Shown here: piece by piece, positions 27,687 to 36,752 of the stretch
Layout: each line of letters begins with the position of its first letter
Numbering within the stretch: the stretch's first letter is position 1
Source of the DNA: an uncultured Alphaproteobacteria bacterium
GTDB taxonomy: Bacteria > Pseudomonadota > Alphaproteobacteria > HIMB59 > GCA-002718135
Reading direction: 5' to 3'
DNA length: 64,000 nucleotides
Assembly (NCBI GenBank): GCA_902618385.1
Contig: CACNAF010000001.1
Span: forward strand, 40,207-104,206
The notes under the pieces: generated by a model
The model's input: only the letters and a program-made list of their open reading frames with translations
Told to the model about the DNA's origin: nothing
The model's database searches: none
Translations under genes and position numbers: made by a program

Positions 27687-28816
27687 TTTTTGAACGGGAG
27701 AAAATCATCTAATCTTTCTTTCTGACTATCAATTAACTGACTTTCATTATCTAGAAAATTTTGAATTGCCTTGCTAAATTCTTGATCTTTAATCCAATGC
27801 GTACTCCATGTTTTAGTTGGAACATATCCTCTCTGCAACTTATGTTCTCCTTGAGCACCAGCTTCAACTATTTTAATATTATTTCTAATGGCATATTCTA
27901 TTGCTTGATAGTAACAGAGCTCAAAATGTAAAAAGGGAACTTCGTATTTTGACCCCCATAAACGACCATATAAATGAGTTTTACTTATAAAATTAATTGC
28001 AGAGGCAACCATTTTGTTTTCTTGGAAAGCCATTATAAGCAAAATATTATTTTTGAAATTATCTAATATTTCAAAGAAAAATTCTTTAGTTAAATACGTG
28101 GATCCCCATTTTCTTCCAGTAGTATCTAAGTAACAATCGTAAAAAAAACTTATATGCTCTTCTTTAATATCATCTCCATTAAGTAATTTTACTTGTAAAT
28201 TATTTTTTTCAATACATTGTCTTTCCCGTCTAATTATTTTTCTTTTTCTAGAAGATAGGTCATTTAAAAAATCTTCAAATTTTTTATATTCATTATTATG
28301 CCAATGGAACTGTATACCTGATCTAATCATAATATTCTCAACATCATTCCAATTAGAAGCATCATTAACAAAATTAAAATGCAGGGAAGAAACATTTATT
28401 TTTTTAGCTTCTTCTATAATATTCTTAATTACTTGAACTTGTTTTTTCTTTTTATCTTTAACTGACTTATTTAAAATAATTCTATCACCAGTAACAGGTG
28501 TAAACGGTATTGCAGATTGAAGTTTGGGATAATAATTTATTCCATATCGATGATAAGCATCAGCCCAAGAATGATCAAAGATATATTCTCCAAACGAATG
28601 GTTCTTTATGTAAAGAGGACATAATGAAATAATTTTATCATTTTCTTTTTCTATGTAATGATATGGTTGCCAACCTGTTTTGGTATTTGCGCTTTTACTC
28701 TCTTCTAATGCGTGAAGAAATTCATATTGCAAGAATGGATGATCATTTCCAACACATTCATTCCAGTCTGATTTTTTAATATCATTAAGAGAAGAGCAAA
28801 AAAAATATTTACTCAT
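27683..28816 (-). CDS. FemAB-like/GNAT-fold conserved protein (DUF482-type)
   Basis: 377 aa. The N-terminal WNECVGNDHPFLQYEFLHALEES pattern is typical of this conserved family. Function unknown. Confidence 0.6.
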   Translation of the reverse strand: MSKYFFCSSLNDIKKSDWNECVGNDHPFLQYEFLHALEESKSANTKTGWQPYHYIEKENDKIISLCPLYIKNHSFGEYIFDHSWADAYHRYGINYYPKLQSAIPFTPVTGDRIILNKSVKDKKKKQVQVIKNIIEEAKKINVSSLHFNFVNDASNWNDVENIMIRSGIQFHWHNNEYKKFEDFLNDLSSRKRKIIRRERQCIEKNNLQVKLLNGDDIKEEHISFFYDCYLDTTGRKWGSTYLTKEFFFEILDNFKNNILLIMAFQENKMVASAINFISKTHLYGRLWGSKYEVPFLHFELCYYQAIEYAIRNNIKIVEAGAQGEHKLQRGYVPTKTWSTHWIKDQEFSKAIQNFLDNESQLIDSQKERLDDFLPFKN

Positions 28817-28826
28817 ATTAAATTTA

Positions 28827-29291
28827 TTATTTGATTTTAATGATGGCGTCTATTTCAACAGAAATATTTAAAGGAAGTGCGTTTGAACCAACTGCAAATC
28901 TTGAGTGTCTTCCTTTGTCACCAAAAATATTCACTAATAAATCTGATGCTCCATTTATGATTTTTGGTTGATTGGTAAAGTTATCATTGCAATTTACGAA
29001 ACCTCCAAGTTTTAAAAAAGAATCTAGTCTGTCCCAATCACCATCTATCGATGTTTTAAGAGCTGCAATAATATTAATGCAACAAGTTTCAGCAGCTTTT
29101 ATTCCTTCTTCTTCAGAAATATCTACACCAACTTTTCCACTATAAAGAATTTTACCATCAATTACGGGCCCTTGACCAGATACATAAACGGTATTATCTG
29201 CAACCTTAAAGGGTACGTAATTTGCAATTGGTGTTGGCATATCTGGAATTTTTAGATCTAATTTCTTGATATTTTCTTCAAAGATGTGCAT
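28827..29291 (-). CDS. RidA/YjgF-family protein
   Basis: YVSGQGP motif and C-terminal VEIDAI typical of RidA/YjgF. Start set at Met15 to avoid overlap with the divergent gene. Confidence 0.8.
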   Translation of the reverse strand: MHIFEENIKKLDLKIPDMPTPIANYVPFKVADNTVYVSGQGPVIDGKILYSGKVGVDISEEEGIKAAETCCINIIAALKTSIDGDWDRLDSFLKLGGFVNCNDNFTNQPKIINGASDLLVNIFGDKGRHSRFAVGSNALPLNISVEIDAIIKIK

Positions 29292-29335
29292 TACATATAT
29301 ATAAAACAATTTGGGTGAAGGTAAAGAAAACAAAT

Positions 29336-29902
29336 ATGAATAAACTTAAAAAACTATTTATTTTCATCTACATATTCTCAATATTCTTAAAAGGGGGGAT
29401 TTCAATGGCTGATGAAAAGAAAGATACTATTCATATGACACTTAAGGATGGTATTGTTGTAATAGAGACAAAACCAAACGTAGCACCAAAACATGTAAAA
29501 CAAATCAAACAACTTATTGAAGAAGGACAATATGATGGAGTTGTTTTTCATAGAGTTATAGATGGCTTTATGGCTCAAACCGGTGATGTAGAATTTGGAA
29601 ATTCAAGTAATGATAATTTCAACTTATCAAGAGCAGGCACAGGTGGATCAAAACTTCCTGATATTGAAGCAGAATTTTCTTCTGAGAATCATGGAAGAGG
29701 GGCAGTATCAATGGCAAGAGCTCAAAATCCAAATAGTGCAAATAGTCAATTTTTCATTTGTTTTAATGATTGCTCTTTTTTAGATGGTCAATATACCGTT
29801 TGGGCTCAGGTTACTGAAGGTATGGAATATGTTGATAATATCACAAGAGGCGAACCACCTGCTGATCCAGATAAAATAATTAAAATGGAGATTGTAAAAT
29901 AA
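29336..29902 (+). CDS. Periplasmic cyclophilin-type peptidyl-prolyl cis-trans isomerase
   Basis: Signal peptide, then FHRVIDGFMAQTGD and NSANSQFFI motifs. Confidence 0.9.
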   Translation: MNKLKKLFIFIYIFSIFLKGGISMADEKKDTIHMTLKDGIVVIETKPNVAPKHVKQIKQLIEEGQYDGVVFHRVIDGFMAQTGDVEFGNSSNDNFNLSRAGTGGSKLPDIEAEFSSENHGRGAVSMARAQNPNSANSQFFICFNDCSFLDGQYTVWAQVTEGMEYVDNITRGEPPADPDKIIKMEIVK

Positions 29903-29906
29903 TTAG

Positions 29907-30989
29907 ATGTTTGTTGCTGACTTGCATAATGATCTTGTGCAAAGAGTTATTGAAGGTGAAGATGTTACAAAGCTAACATCGCATGGGCATACGGACATAC
30001 CAAGGTTACTTAAATCTGAAATTGATTTAGAGATTTTAATTATTTGGGTCTCTAGCAATGCTAAAGAACCAAATTTTTTTAAGAGAGCCGATAAAATGTA
30101 TGATGAGATTGAAAGAATTTCATCACATGTAGAAATTATCATCCCCAAAAAAATCTCAGACATTAATGAAGGAATAGATAAAAATAAGACAATGCTTCCA
30201 ATTTCAATGGAGGGTGGAGAGGGCTTAGAAAATGATATCAATAATTTATATCACTTTATTGAAAGGGGGCTTTTCTATTTTGGCCCAACCTGGAATCATT
30301 CTTTGGATTGGGTTTCTTCAAATTATGATGAGACATACAATTTGTCAAAACTTAAAAGCCATGGCTTAAATGAATTTGGGAAAGAGGTTGTTTCTATTTG
30401 CCAAGATAATAATGTGTTAATTGATGTTTCTCACATTGGAGAGAAAAGTTTTTGGGACATTGCATCAATAAGTACCAAACCTTTTATTGCCTCACATTCT
30501 AGCGTGTATAATTTGTGTCCACATTTTCGTAATTTAAAAGATGATCAAATTGAAGCTATCAAAAAATCAAAAGGATTAATTGGTTTAAATCCATATCCTT
30601 TTTTTATTGATAAATCTTTTAAAGAAAGAGAATCAAAAGAAAGGAATAAATATCTTGATGAATTAAATTCTATTGAAAGAAAATATTCCAATAAAACTTC
30701 TCAATGGATAGCAAAACAACATTTTCTACAAAAAAAATTAGCAGACATATGCCCAAGTATAGAAGTATTTGTTGATCATATTGAATATGTAATTAATCAA
30801 ATAGGAATTGATTATGTAGGTATAGGCAGTGACTATGATGGACTTGATTGTTTGCCTCATTCATGGAATGATTGTTTAGACCATATGATAATTCAAGAGT
30901 CTTTAGAAAAAAGAGGTTATAAATTTTTAGAGATTGAAAAAATTATGGGAAAAAATATTTTAAGAGTTTTAGAAGAAATCTACAATTAG
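29907..30989 (+). CDS. Membrane (renal-type, M19) dipeptidase family protein
   Basis: N-terminal ADLHND metal motif, VDVSH and GIGSDYDG motifs. 360 aa. Confidence 0.8.
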   Translation: MFVADLHNDLVQRVIEGEDVTKLTSHGHTDIPRLLKSEIDLEILIIWVSSNAKEPNFFKRADKMYDEIERISSHVEIIIPKKISDINEGIDKNKTMLPISMEGGEGLENDINNLYHFIERGLFYFGPTWNHSLDWVSSNYDETYNLSKLKSHGLNEFGKEVVSICQDNNVLIDVSHIGEKSFWDIASISTKPFIASHSSVYNLCPHFRNLKDDQIEAIKKSKGLIGLNPYPFFIDKSFKERESKERNKYLDELNSIERKYSNKTSQWIAKQHFLQKKLADICPSIEVFVDHIEYVINQIGIDYVGIGSDYDGLDCLPHSWNDCLDHMIIQESLEKRGYKFLEIEKIMGKNILRVLEEIYN

Positions 30990-31577
30990 CAAAATACCAA
31001 TTAAAACTAAAATAAATCCTGATATTTTTTGAATTATACCTTGCCTTTTTTGGAAAAAATCATTCATTCCATAACTTGTCACAACAAGGGAAACAATAAT
31101 GTACCAAATACCATCAATAACGGAAGCAGTTACAACAAGAATTGAATGAGAATAATAGGAGGCATCAATTTTTACAAATTGAGAAAAGACAGCTGAAAAC
31201 CATATAAGAATTTTGGGATTAAAAATCGCTATCAAAAATCCTTGTAGAAAAGAATTAATACTTTTTTGCTCCTTAATTTTATCTATGTCCTCATTTTTTT
31301 TAAATATAAATTGAAAACCTAAATATAATAAAAAAAGAATTCCAATTATTTGAATTAATTGAAATAATAATTCGTTTGCTGTTAAAATTATTGATAATCC
31401 AGTAACTGCAAATACAGCATAAATACCCATTCCTAACCCATGACCAACAGCAGTCATAAAGCCAGCATATCGATTAATTGTAATACTATTTCTTATAATT
31501 AACGCTAAACTTGGACCTGGTGACATTGCTCCTGCAACACAAACAGTAGCAAACTGAAGCCAAAATATAAAAGTCAC
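30969..31577 (-). CDS. LysE/RhtB-family amino-acid exporter
   Basis: 202 aa, 6 TM segments, N-terminal AMSPGPS motif. The 3' end overlaps the convergent dipeptidase gene by 21 nt. Confidence 0.85.
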   Translation of the reverse strand: MTFIFWLQFATVCVAGAMSPGPSLALIIRNSITINRYAGFMTAVGHGLGMGIYAVFAVTGLSIILTANELLFQLIQIIGILFLLYLGFQFIFKKNEDIDKIKEQKSINSFLQGFLIAIFNPKILIWFSAVFSQFVKIDASYYSHSILVVTASVIDGIWYIIVSLVVTSYGMNDFFQKRQGIIQKISGFILVLIGILLIVDFF

Positions 31578-32312
31578 TTAATTATTTGTTAGGGTTAAAT
31601 ATTTTTTTATTGTTTCTTGTAAGCCAAATTCAAAAGTATCACAGATGAGAGCATGACCAATAGATACTTCTTTAACATTATTTATTTTATTTAAAAAAAA
31701 CTTTAAATTTTCTAAATTTAAATCATGACCAGCATTTAATTCAATTTTTGGAAACTCTTTTTTTAGATAGTTTGCTACATCGATATAATCTTTAATTGCT
31801 TTTTCCTTATTTTCATTAAAGGTATGAGCATAATCAAAAGTATAAAGTTCTACTCTATCAGCTTGTATCACATCTAAATTTTCCAGTGTTTTTATTGATG
31901 GGTTAATAAATATTGAAACGCGAATATCATTTTTTTTAAATTCACTAACTATGTCTGTTAATAAATTTTTATTAGTTTCACAGTCCCAACCAAAAGAAGA
32001 GGTTAATGCGCCAGGTGGATCTGGGACTAAAGTTACTTGATCTGGTTTAACTTCAATTACTTTTTTGACAAAAAAATCTGATGGATATCCCTCTACATTA
32101 AATTCCTTATTTTCAAATTTTGATAATAAATTTTTTAAGGGTTCAAGGTCAGAAAATTTTGCGTGTCTTTCATCAGGACGGGGGTGTACTGTAATTCCAT
32201 CAGCTCCATAATCTAAACATTTATTACTAATATCAATTAAGTTTGGTAAATCAGCACCTCTAGCATTTCTTACTAAAGCAAATTTGTTAACATTAACACT
32301 TAGTGCTGTCAT
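31578..32312 (-). CDS. pdxJ: Pyridoxine 5'-phosphate synthase
   Basis: LSVNVNKFALVRNARG, GITVHPRPDERH and LNAGHDL motifs. Start taken at Met15 of the ORF. Confidence 0.9.
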   Translation of the reverse strand: MTALSVNVNKFALVRNARGADLPNLIDISNKCLDYGADGITVHPRPDERHAKFSDLEPLKNLLSKFENKEFNVEGYPSDFFVKKVIEVKPDQVTLVPDPPGALTSSFGWDCETNKNLLTDIVSEFKKNDIRVSIFINPSIKTLENLDVIQADRVELYTFDYAHTFNENKEKAIKDYIDVANYLKKEFPKIELNAGHDLNLENLKFFLNKINNVKEVSIGHALICDTFEFGLQETIKKYLTLTNN

Positions 32313-32320
32313 TTTAACAA

Positions 32321-32977
32321 CTAAATAATTTTTCCATATGTTTTCATCATCCATTCATTGACCTTTGGATGATTGTAGATTTCTTCCCTTAATTTTTTTA
32401 ATCTTTCATAAGGCTCTAAAATATTTGTTGGCACTCCATCTAAAAGGCCTGATGTTAGCCAACCTAGTAATCTCCAAATTGCTAGATCAGCAATAGAAAT
32501 ATTTTTACCAACAAAAAAACTAGACTCCTCATTTTTTTCAAGTAAGTTTTCAAGAAATTGAAACCATTTGGGCAGATGTTTTGTAGATAATATTTTTCTT
32601 GCTAATTCTAATCGATCCTTTTCTTTATCTCTGCCAGATAGAGTGACGAGATAATTAATGTCTTGTGCTGCATCAATAATTTGATCTATTTGAGCTGCTT
32701 CAAAATCATTATCTTTTGGATATAAGTCTGATAATTTTCCACAAAATCTTGCAATGGCACCTGTTTGAGCAATAATTTTACCATCAACATCTAATATTGG
32801 TAATTGCTTAAAAGGAGCAATTTGCTTATTCGGTAATAATCCCGTTGCTTTGAGGTCATCAATTTCTTTTCCTTCTACACGATAATCGTTAAAGGGAATA
32901 TCTCCTATAAATAAAGCCAGTCTTGTAACTTCTGCTCTCCAAAAAGGTATCTTAAAATAGTATAAAGTAATTTCCAT
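32321..32977 (-). CDS. Glutathione S-transferase, sigma/alpha-like (Tyr-type)
   Basis: LYYFKIPFWRAEVTRL, FKQLPILDVDGKIIAQTGAIARF and a helical C-terminal domain, resembling sigma-class GSTs (YFxxRGRAE; PxLEVDG...QSxAIARY). Confidence 0.8.
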   Translation of the reverse strand: MEITLYYFKIPFWRAEVTRLALFIGDIPFNDYRVEGKEIDDLKATGLLPNKQIAPFKQLPILDVDGKIIAQTGAIARFCGKLSDLYPKDNDFEAAQIDQIIDAAQDINYLVTLSGRDKEKDRLELARKILSTKHLPKWFQFLENLLEKNEESSFFVGKNISIADLAIWRLLGWLTSGLLDGVPTNILEPYERLKKLREEIYNHPKVNEWMMKTYGKII

Positions 32978-33012
32978 ATTGATTATTTATTTTTTTTACA
33001 TGATACACAGAT

Positions 33013-33414
33013 ATGTTCAAAAAAAATATAAATAATTTAATCATTATTATTAATATTATTTTCTTCTCCTACTATGCTATTCAACTTTTAGTATTTACTG
33101 ATGAATTTGCTTTGAACAACTTAGGTTTCTTTAATCATGCCGTAGCTGGATTATCAGAGATTATTGGTATAATTTTTTTAGCTTTTGCCTTATCTTTTAT
33201 AAGTATAATTTTTCGAGGTATAGAAAAACAATCTCCACTTATTTACTGTATTTTTACAATACAATTTTTAGTATCAATTAATTTTTGGAGATATGTAATT
33301 ACAAATAGTCCAGGAGAAACAAATTTGGATATTATTTCCATTAACGCCATGTTTTTTTCATTTGTTACATCTTTAAATTTACTATTAATAATCAAAAATT
33401 TTAAAAAGATTTAA
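33013..33414 (+). CDS. Small 4-TM membrane protein, unknown function
   Basis: 133 aa with four hydrophobic segments. Motif FALNNLGF is shared in position with the ORF at 34691. Confidence 0.5.
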   Translation: MFKKNINNLIIIINIIFFSYYAIQLLVFTDEFALNNLGFFNHAVAGLSEIIGIIFLAFALSFISIIFRGIEKQSPLIYCIFTIQFLVSINFWRYVITNSPGETNLDIISINAMFFSFVTSLNLLLIIKNFKKI

Positions 33415-33456
33415 TATAATTAAATTTAAAAAAGAATATATGTTTGAATAATTCTT

Positions 33457-34632
33457 ATGAATATAGATATACTTAGTAATAAAATTGAAAATATTTTTAA
33501 TCAACACAAGATACCTTCCTTATCTGTCATAATCACAAATAAGAATAAAAATATTTTTGAGCAATATCATGGTTATAATCATTTAGAAAAACAGATTCCT
33601 TTTAATGAAAATTCAATTGTAAGAATTGCATCTATGACCAAGCCAATTACATCGTTATGTATTTTTCAATTAATTGAAAGAAACTTAATCAGTTTAGAAA
33701 CAAATATAGAAGATATTGATAAACGTTTTTCAGATATAAAAATTGTTCAATTGATAGGTGATAAACCTGAGTATTCAAAAGCTAATACTAAAATTAAAAT
33801 TAAACATTTACTAAATCATACTTCTGGATATGGGTATCAATACCTAAATCCTGAAATTAAATTTCTTGTTGATCAAAAGATATTGCAAGATATGCAAAAT
33901 GATAGTGAAGATTTTCTAGATGCCCCAATTTTATTTGAACCTGGCAGCAGATGGAATTATGGTATCAGTACGGATTTACTTGGTTACATAATTGAAAAAT
34001 TAACTAATAAAAAATTAGATGAGTACATGAAAGAAAATTTATTTGATCAACTTGGTATGAAAAACACTACATTTAGCTTAGATGAAAACAAATTTAATAA
34101 TTTAGCTTATATCTATGACTATATTGATAATAAAATCATCATCAATAAAAGAATCGCTAAATATCAAGATGAAAGAGTAGGGAGATCTTTTCACTTGGGA
34201 GGAGGAGGGTTAACCTCAACTACACAAGATTATGCAAAATTTATGCGTTTATTTTTAAGTAATGATAATAGTATTATTTCTGAAAATTCAATAAATCTGA
34301 TGAAGTCCAATCAAATAGGTAAGTTCAAAGTTGAAACTATCGCATCTGTTGATCAAGAATTGTCAGCATCATTAGATCATGACGATAGTATCGAAAATAA
34401 ATTCGGATATGGTTTTATGATAAATAAAGATAATACCCCTGAAGGTAGACCAAAGGGAAGTATTTCATGGTCGGGTATCTTTAATAGTTTTTTTTGGATT
34501 GATTTTGAAAATCAAATTGGATGTGCAATATTTATGCAAATGTTACCTTACATGAATGTAGCATCTTTAAAAACATTTTCAGAAATAGAAACAAGTATCT
34601 ACGAAAATATTAATAATAAGAATTCAATATAG
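33457..34632 (+). CDS. Beta-lactamase-fold serine hydrolase (class C/EstB-like esterase family)
   Basis: SxxK nucleophile motif SMTKPITS, Tyr motif region HTSGYGY. 391 aa, no signal peptide. Confidence 0.8.
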   Translation: MNIDILSNKIENIFNQHKIPSLSVIITNKNKNIFEQYHGYNHLEKQIPFNENSIVRIASMTKPITSLCIFQLIERNLISLETNIEDIDKRFSDIKIVQLIGDKPEYSKANTKIKIKHLLNHTSGYGYQYLNPEIKFLVDQKILQDMQNDSEDFLDAPILFEPGSRWNYGISTDLLGYIIEKLTNKKLDEYMKENLFDQLGMKNTTFSLDENKFNNLAYIYDYIDNKIIINKRIAKYQDERVGRSFHLGGGGLTSTTQDYAKFMRLFLSNDNSIISENSINLMKSNQIGKFKVETIASVDQELSASLDHDDSIENKFGYGFMINKDNTPEGRPKGSISWSGIFNSFFWIDFENQIGCAIFMQMLPYMNVASLKTFSEIETSIYENINNKNSI

Positions 34633-34690
34633 AAAATCGCAGAGAATCAAAAATTTATAGTTTATATTACAATTAATTAAGGGAGATTTT

Positions 34691-35092
34691 ATGATTGAAA
34701 CAGCTGGAGGCATGATACCTTTTATATGTCATGTTTTTTTAATATTATTTGGTGGTTTTTTTGGTTTAAGTTTTGCTTTTAACAAAAATTTTGTACAAAA
34801 TAGTCTTGGATTTGCATCAAAAGACGCGATGTTTATGGGTCGACCTCTTGGATTTTTAATGATCGGTGTAGTTTTAATGTTAATTGCTACATTATTTCAA
34901 ATTGGTGGTTTTACTTCACCAAATGAAGTTATAGGCATTATGTTTATTTTCACTATTTTTGCTTTTTGTTACAATCTTGGAACCACGTTAAAAATCTTTG
35001 AGAGTTTTGATGGTAATGATTGGCCAATAAAAAATGCTATAAGACCATTAATACCAATGGTAGTGATTTTAATACGTTATTTTACTTTGTAA
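34691..35092 (+). CDS. Small 4-TM membrane protein, unknown function
   Basis: 133 aa, four hydrophobic segments, FVQNSLGF motif. GGGAG SD upstream. Confidence 0.5.
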   Translation: MIETAGGMIPFICHVFLILFGGFFGLSFAFNKNFVQNSLGFASKDAMFMGRPLGFLMIGVVLMLIATLFQIGGFTSPNEVIGIMFIFTIFAFCYNLGTTLKIFESFDGNDWPIKNAIRPLIPMVVILIRYFTL

Positions 35093-35102
35093 AATAAATA
35101 AA

Positions 35103-35128
35103 TTTAGCACTCTTATAAGAGTGCTAAA
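35103..35128. terminator. Bidirectional hairpin terminator
   Basis: Perfect 26-nt palindrome tttagcactctta/taagagtgctaaa between the membrane-protein gene and tRNA-Thr. Confidence 0.6.
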
Positions 35129-35132
35129 ACAC

Positions 35133-35207
35133 TGGTGCTGATACCGAGAATCGAACTTGGATCTGACCGTTACCAACGGCCTGTAATAACCATTATACTA
35201 TATCAGC
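35133..35207 (-). tRNA. tRNA-Thr (anticodon GGU)
   Basis: The reverse complement folds as a cloverleaf: acceptor GCTGATA/TATCAGC, anticodon stem GGCCG/CGGTC with loop TTGGTAA, T-loop TTCGATT, encoded CCA. One A-C mismatch in the T stem. Confidence 0.9.
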
Positions 35208-35250
35208 TCAATGTTAGTAATATCAGAAATTAAATTAATGAAAAGATTTG

Positions 35251-35278
35251 TAATTAGCGGATGAATGTCCGCTAATTA
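35251..35278. terminator. Hairpin terminator downstream of the tandem unknown genes
   Basis: TAATTAGCGG-atgaatgt-CCGCTAATTA, 10-bp stem, with T-rich tracts on both strands. Confidence 0.55.
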
Positions 35279-35312
35279 TCTTTTTAAATTATATCGTTTT
35301 ATTTGAGCTTAA

Positions 35313-35927
35313 TTATTCCCAAGTTGTTTCTAGTATCCTAACAAGACTCATACCTCTTGGCTCTACTTCATCTAGAAAATCTTTATGATCCAACCAAAAA
35401 TTATCACCATTTAGTTTGTCTTGAGCTAAACCATATTCTTTCATAGTATTGAAACGAACAGCAAATCCGAAGGAGCCATTATCTTTTCCATTCATCCTAC
35501 CAACGGTTCCTCCTGTTGCGCCATTATCCATCCAAGCTTTAATAAAAATATCACCTTTATCTTGAATTAAGTTGATATCTTTATGATAAAACATCCACTG
35601 TGCAAAAACAGGTTTAATACCAGCATCTGAAGGCATATTATGAACCAATGGTTCGTAAAAATTATTTGTTTCCCATTTAGTGTCAGAAAAAAATTGCTCC
35701 ATATCCTTTGCCCAATTTTCATCATTAGATAATTTATCATCTACCTCTCCAAAATGAGCATAATTTTCATATCCAATGTTTGTTGTGTACAAACCATTAT
35801 CTCTTCCAAGATGGCTTGCAAGTGATGATCCAACAGCACCATATTTTTTAAAATATTCTGCTGCAGTATTGTATGCTTTAATAGCATTCGCATTAGATAT
35901 ACTGTATGTCCAACTTCCTACAATCAT
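35313..35927 (-). CDS. Unknown protein with internal duplication (NIPSNAP/dimeric alpha-beta-barrel-like by eye), paralog A
   Basis: 204 aa with no signal peptide. AGGAGG SD 4 nt upstream. Paralogous to the adjacent ORF. Confidence 0.6.
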   Translation of the reverse strand: MIVGSWTYSISNANAIKAYNTAAEYFKKYGAVGSSLASHLGRDNGLYTTNIGYENYAHFGEVDDKLSNDENWAKDMEQFFSDTKWETNNFYEPLVHNMPSDAGIKPVFAQWMFYHKDINLIQDKGDIFIKAWMDNGATGGTVGRMNGKDNGSFGFAVRFNTMKEYGLAQDKLNGDNFWLDHKDFLDEVEPRGMSLVRILETTWE

Positions 35928-35940
35928 ATTTCCTCCTTTT

Positions 35941-36555
35941 TTAATAAATATCTCTTCTAATTACTCTGGCATTATAATTTAGATGAATAGTTAAGTTTGC
36001 ATAATAATCTTTATGACTTTCCCAATAATCTGGAGAATTTTGGTTAGCATCCATGCACTTGCCTAACTCTTGCATACTGTTAAATCTTGCAGCAAATAAA
36101 TATTGATTATTTCTATCACCAAACATTCTATGAATTGCAATTCCTGATGAACCATTTGACATGTAGTGTTTTTCATCAATTTCAAAACTTTTTTTTATAG
36201 CATCTACATCTGGATGACTAAAAACAAAATGTGCCCATACAGGCATTTCCTCAGTAGCACCTTTAATATTTCCAATCAATTCAGTTAAATAAACAGCTTC
36301 AACTAATTGATTGTTTACAAAATTTGGTTGCATTTTTTGCCACCATTCTGGAGATGAAGCCCAAGCATCATCATTTTTTCCAAATGCTTCATAACTCTCA
36401 AATCCTGCTACCATAGTGAATGTATTATCATCACCACCAATATTATGCGTAACATTAGTCATTCGAGCTCCACTTTCTTTAAACCAAGGTGAAACTTTAT
36501 CAAAAATATCTACAGCATTTGCGTAGTCAGTTCTTATTTTCCATGTTGCAAACAT
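35941..36555 (-). CDS. Unknown protein with internal duplication, paralog B
   Basis: 204 aa from Met9 of the ORF (MFATWKIR), which has GGAGG 5 nt upstream. Shares W..A....FK..GA, E.Y..FG..DD, RFN.M.E.G and HKD blocks with paralog A. Confidence 0.6.
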   Translation of the reverse strand: MFATWKIRTDYANAVDIFDKVSPWFKESGARMTNVTHNIGGDDNTFTMVAGFESYEAFGKNDDAWASSPEWWQKMQPNFVNNQLVEAVYLTELIGNIKGATEEMPVWAHFVFSHPDVDAIKKSFEIDEKHYMSNGSSGIAIHRMFGDRNNQYLFAARFNSMQELGKCMDANQNSPDYWESHKDYYANLTIHLNYNARVIRRDIY

Positions 36556-36752
36556 ATTTACCTCCTTTGTTAATTGCAATAAGATGATTATTATGAATTT
36601 ATTTCATAGAGATTAAAAATATTTTTTTTTAATAATATTTTTGATGTATTTTGTTACAAGAAAGCTCTAAAAAAAAAGAATTATTATGCTTTTGTTTTAA
36701 ATTTAATTTAGAATGATTATAAAATAATATTTAATTTAAATTATAATTTCAT

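Noticed and set aside
30969-30989. Convergent 3'-end overlaps (30969-30989, 23882-23892, 63028-63044, 27683-27686) as possible antisense regulatory modules
   Set aside because: These are short overlaps of stop-proximal codons, consistent with the general compaction of this genome. Nothing in the sequence suggests a dedicated function.
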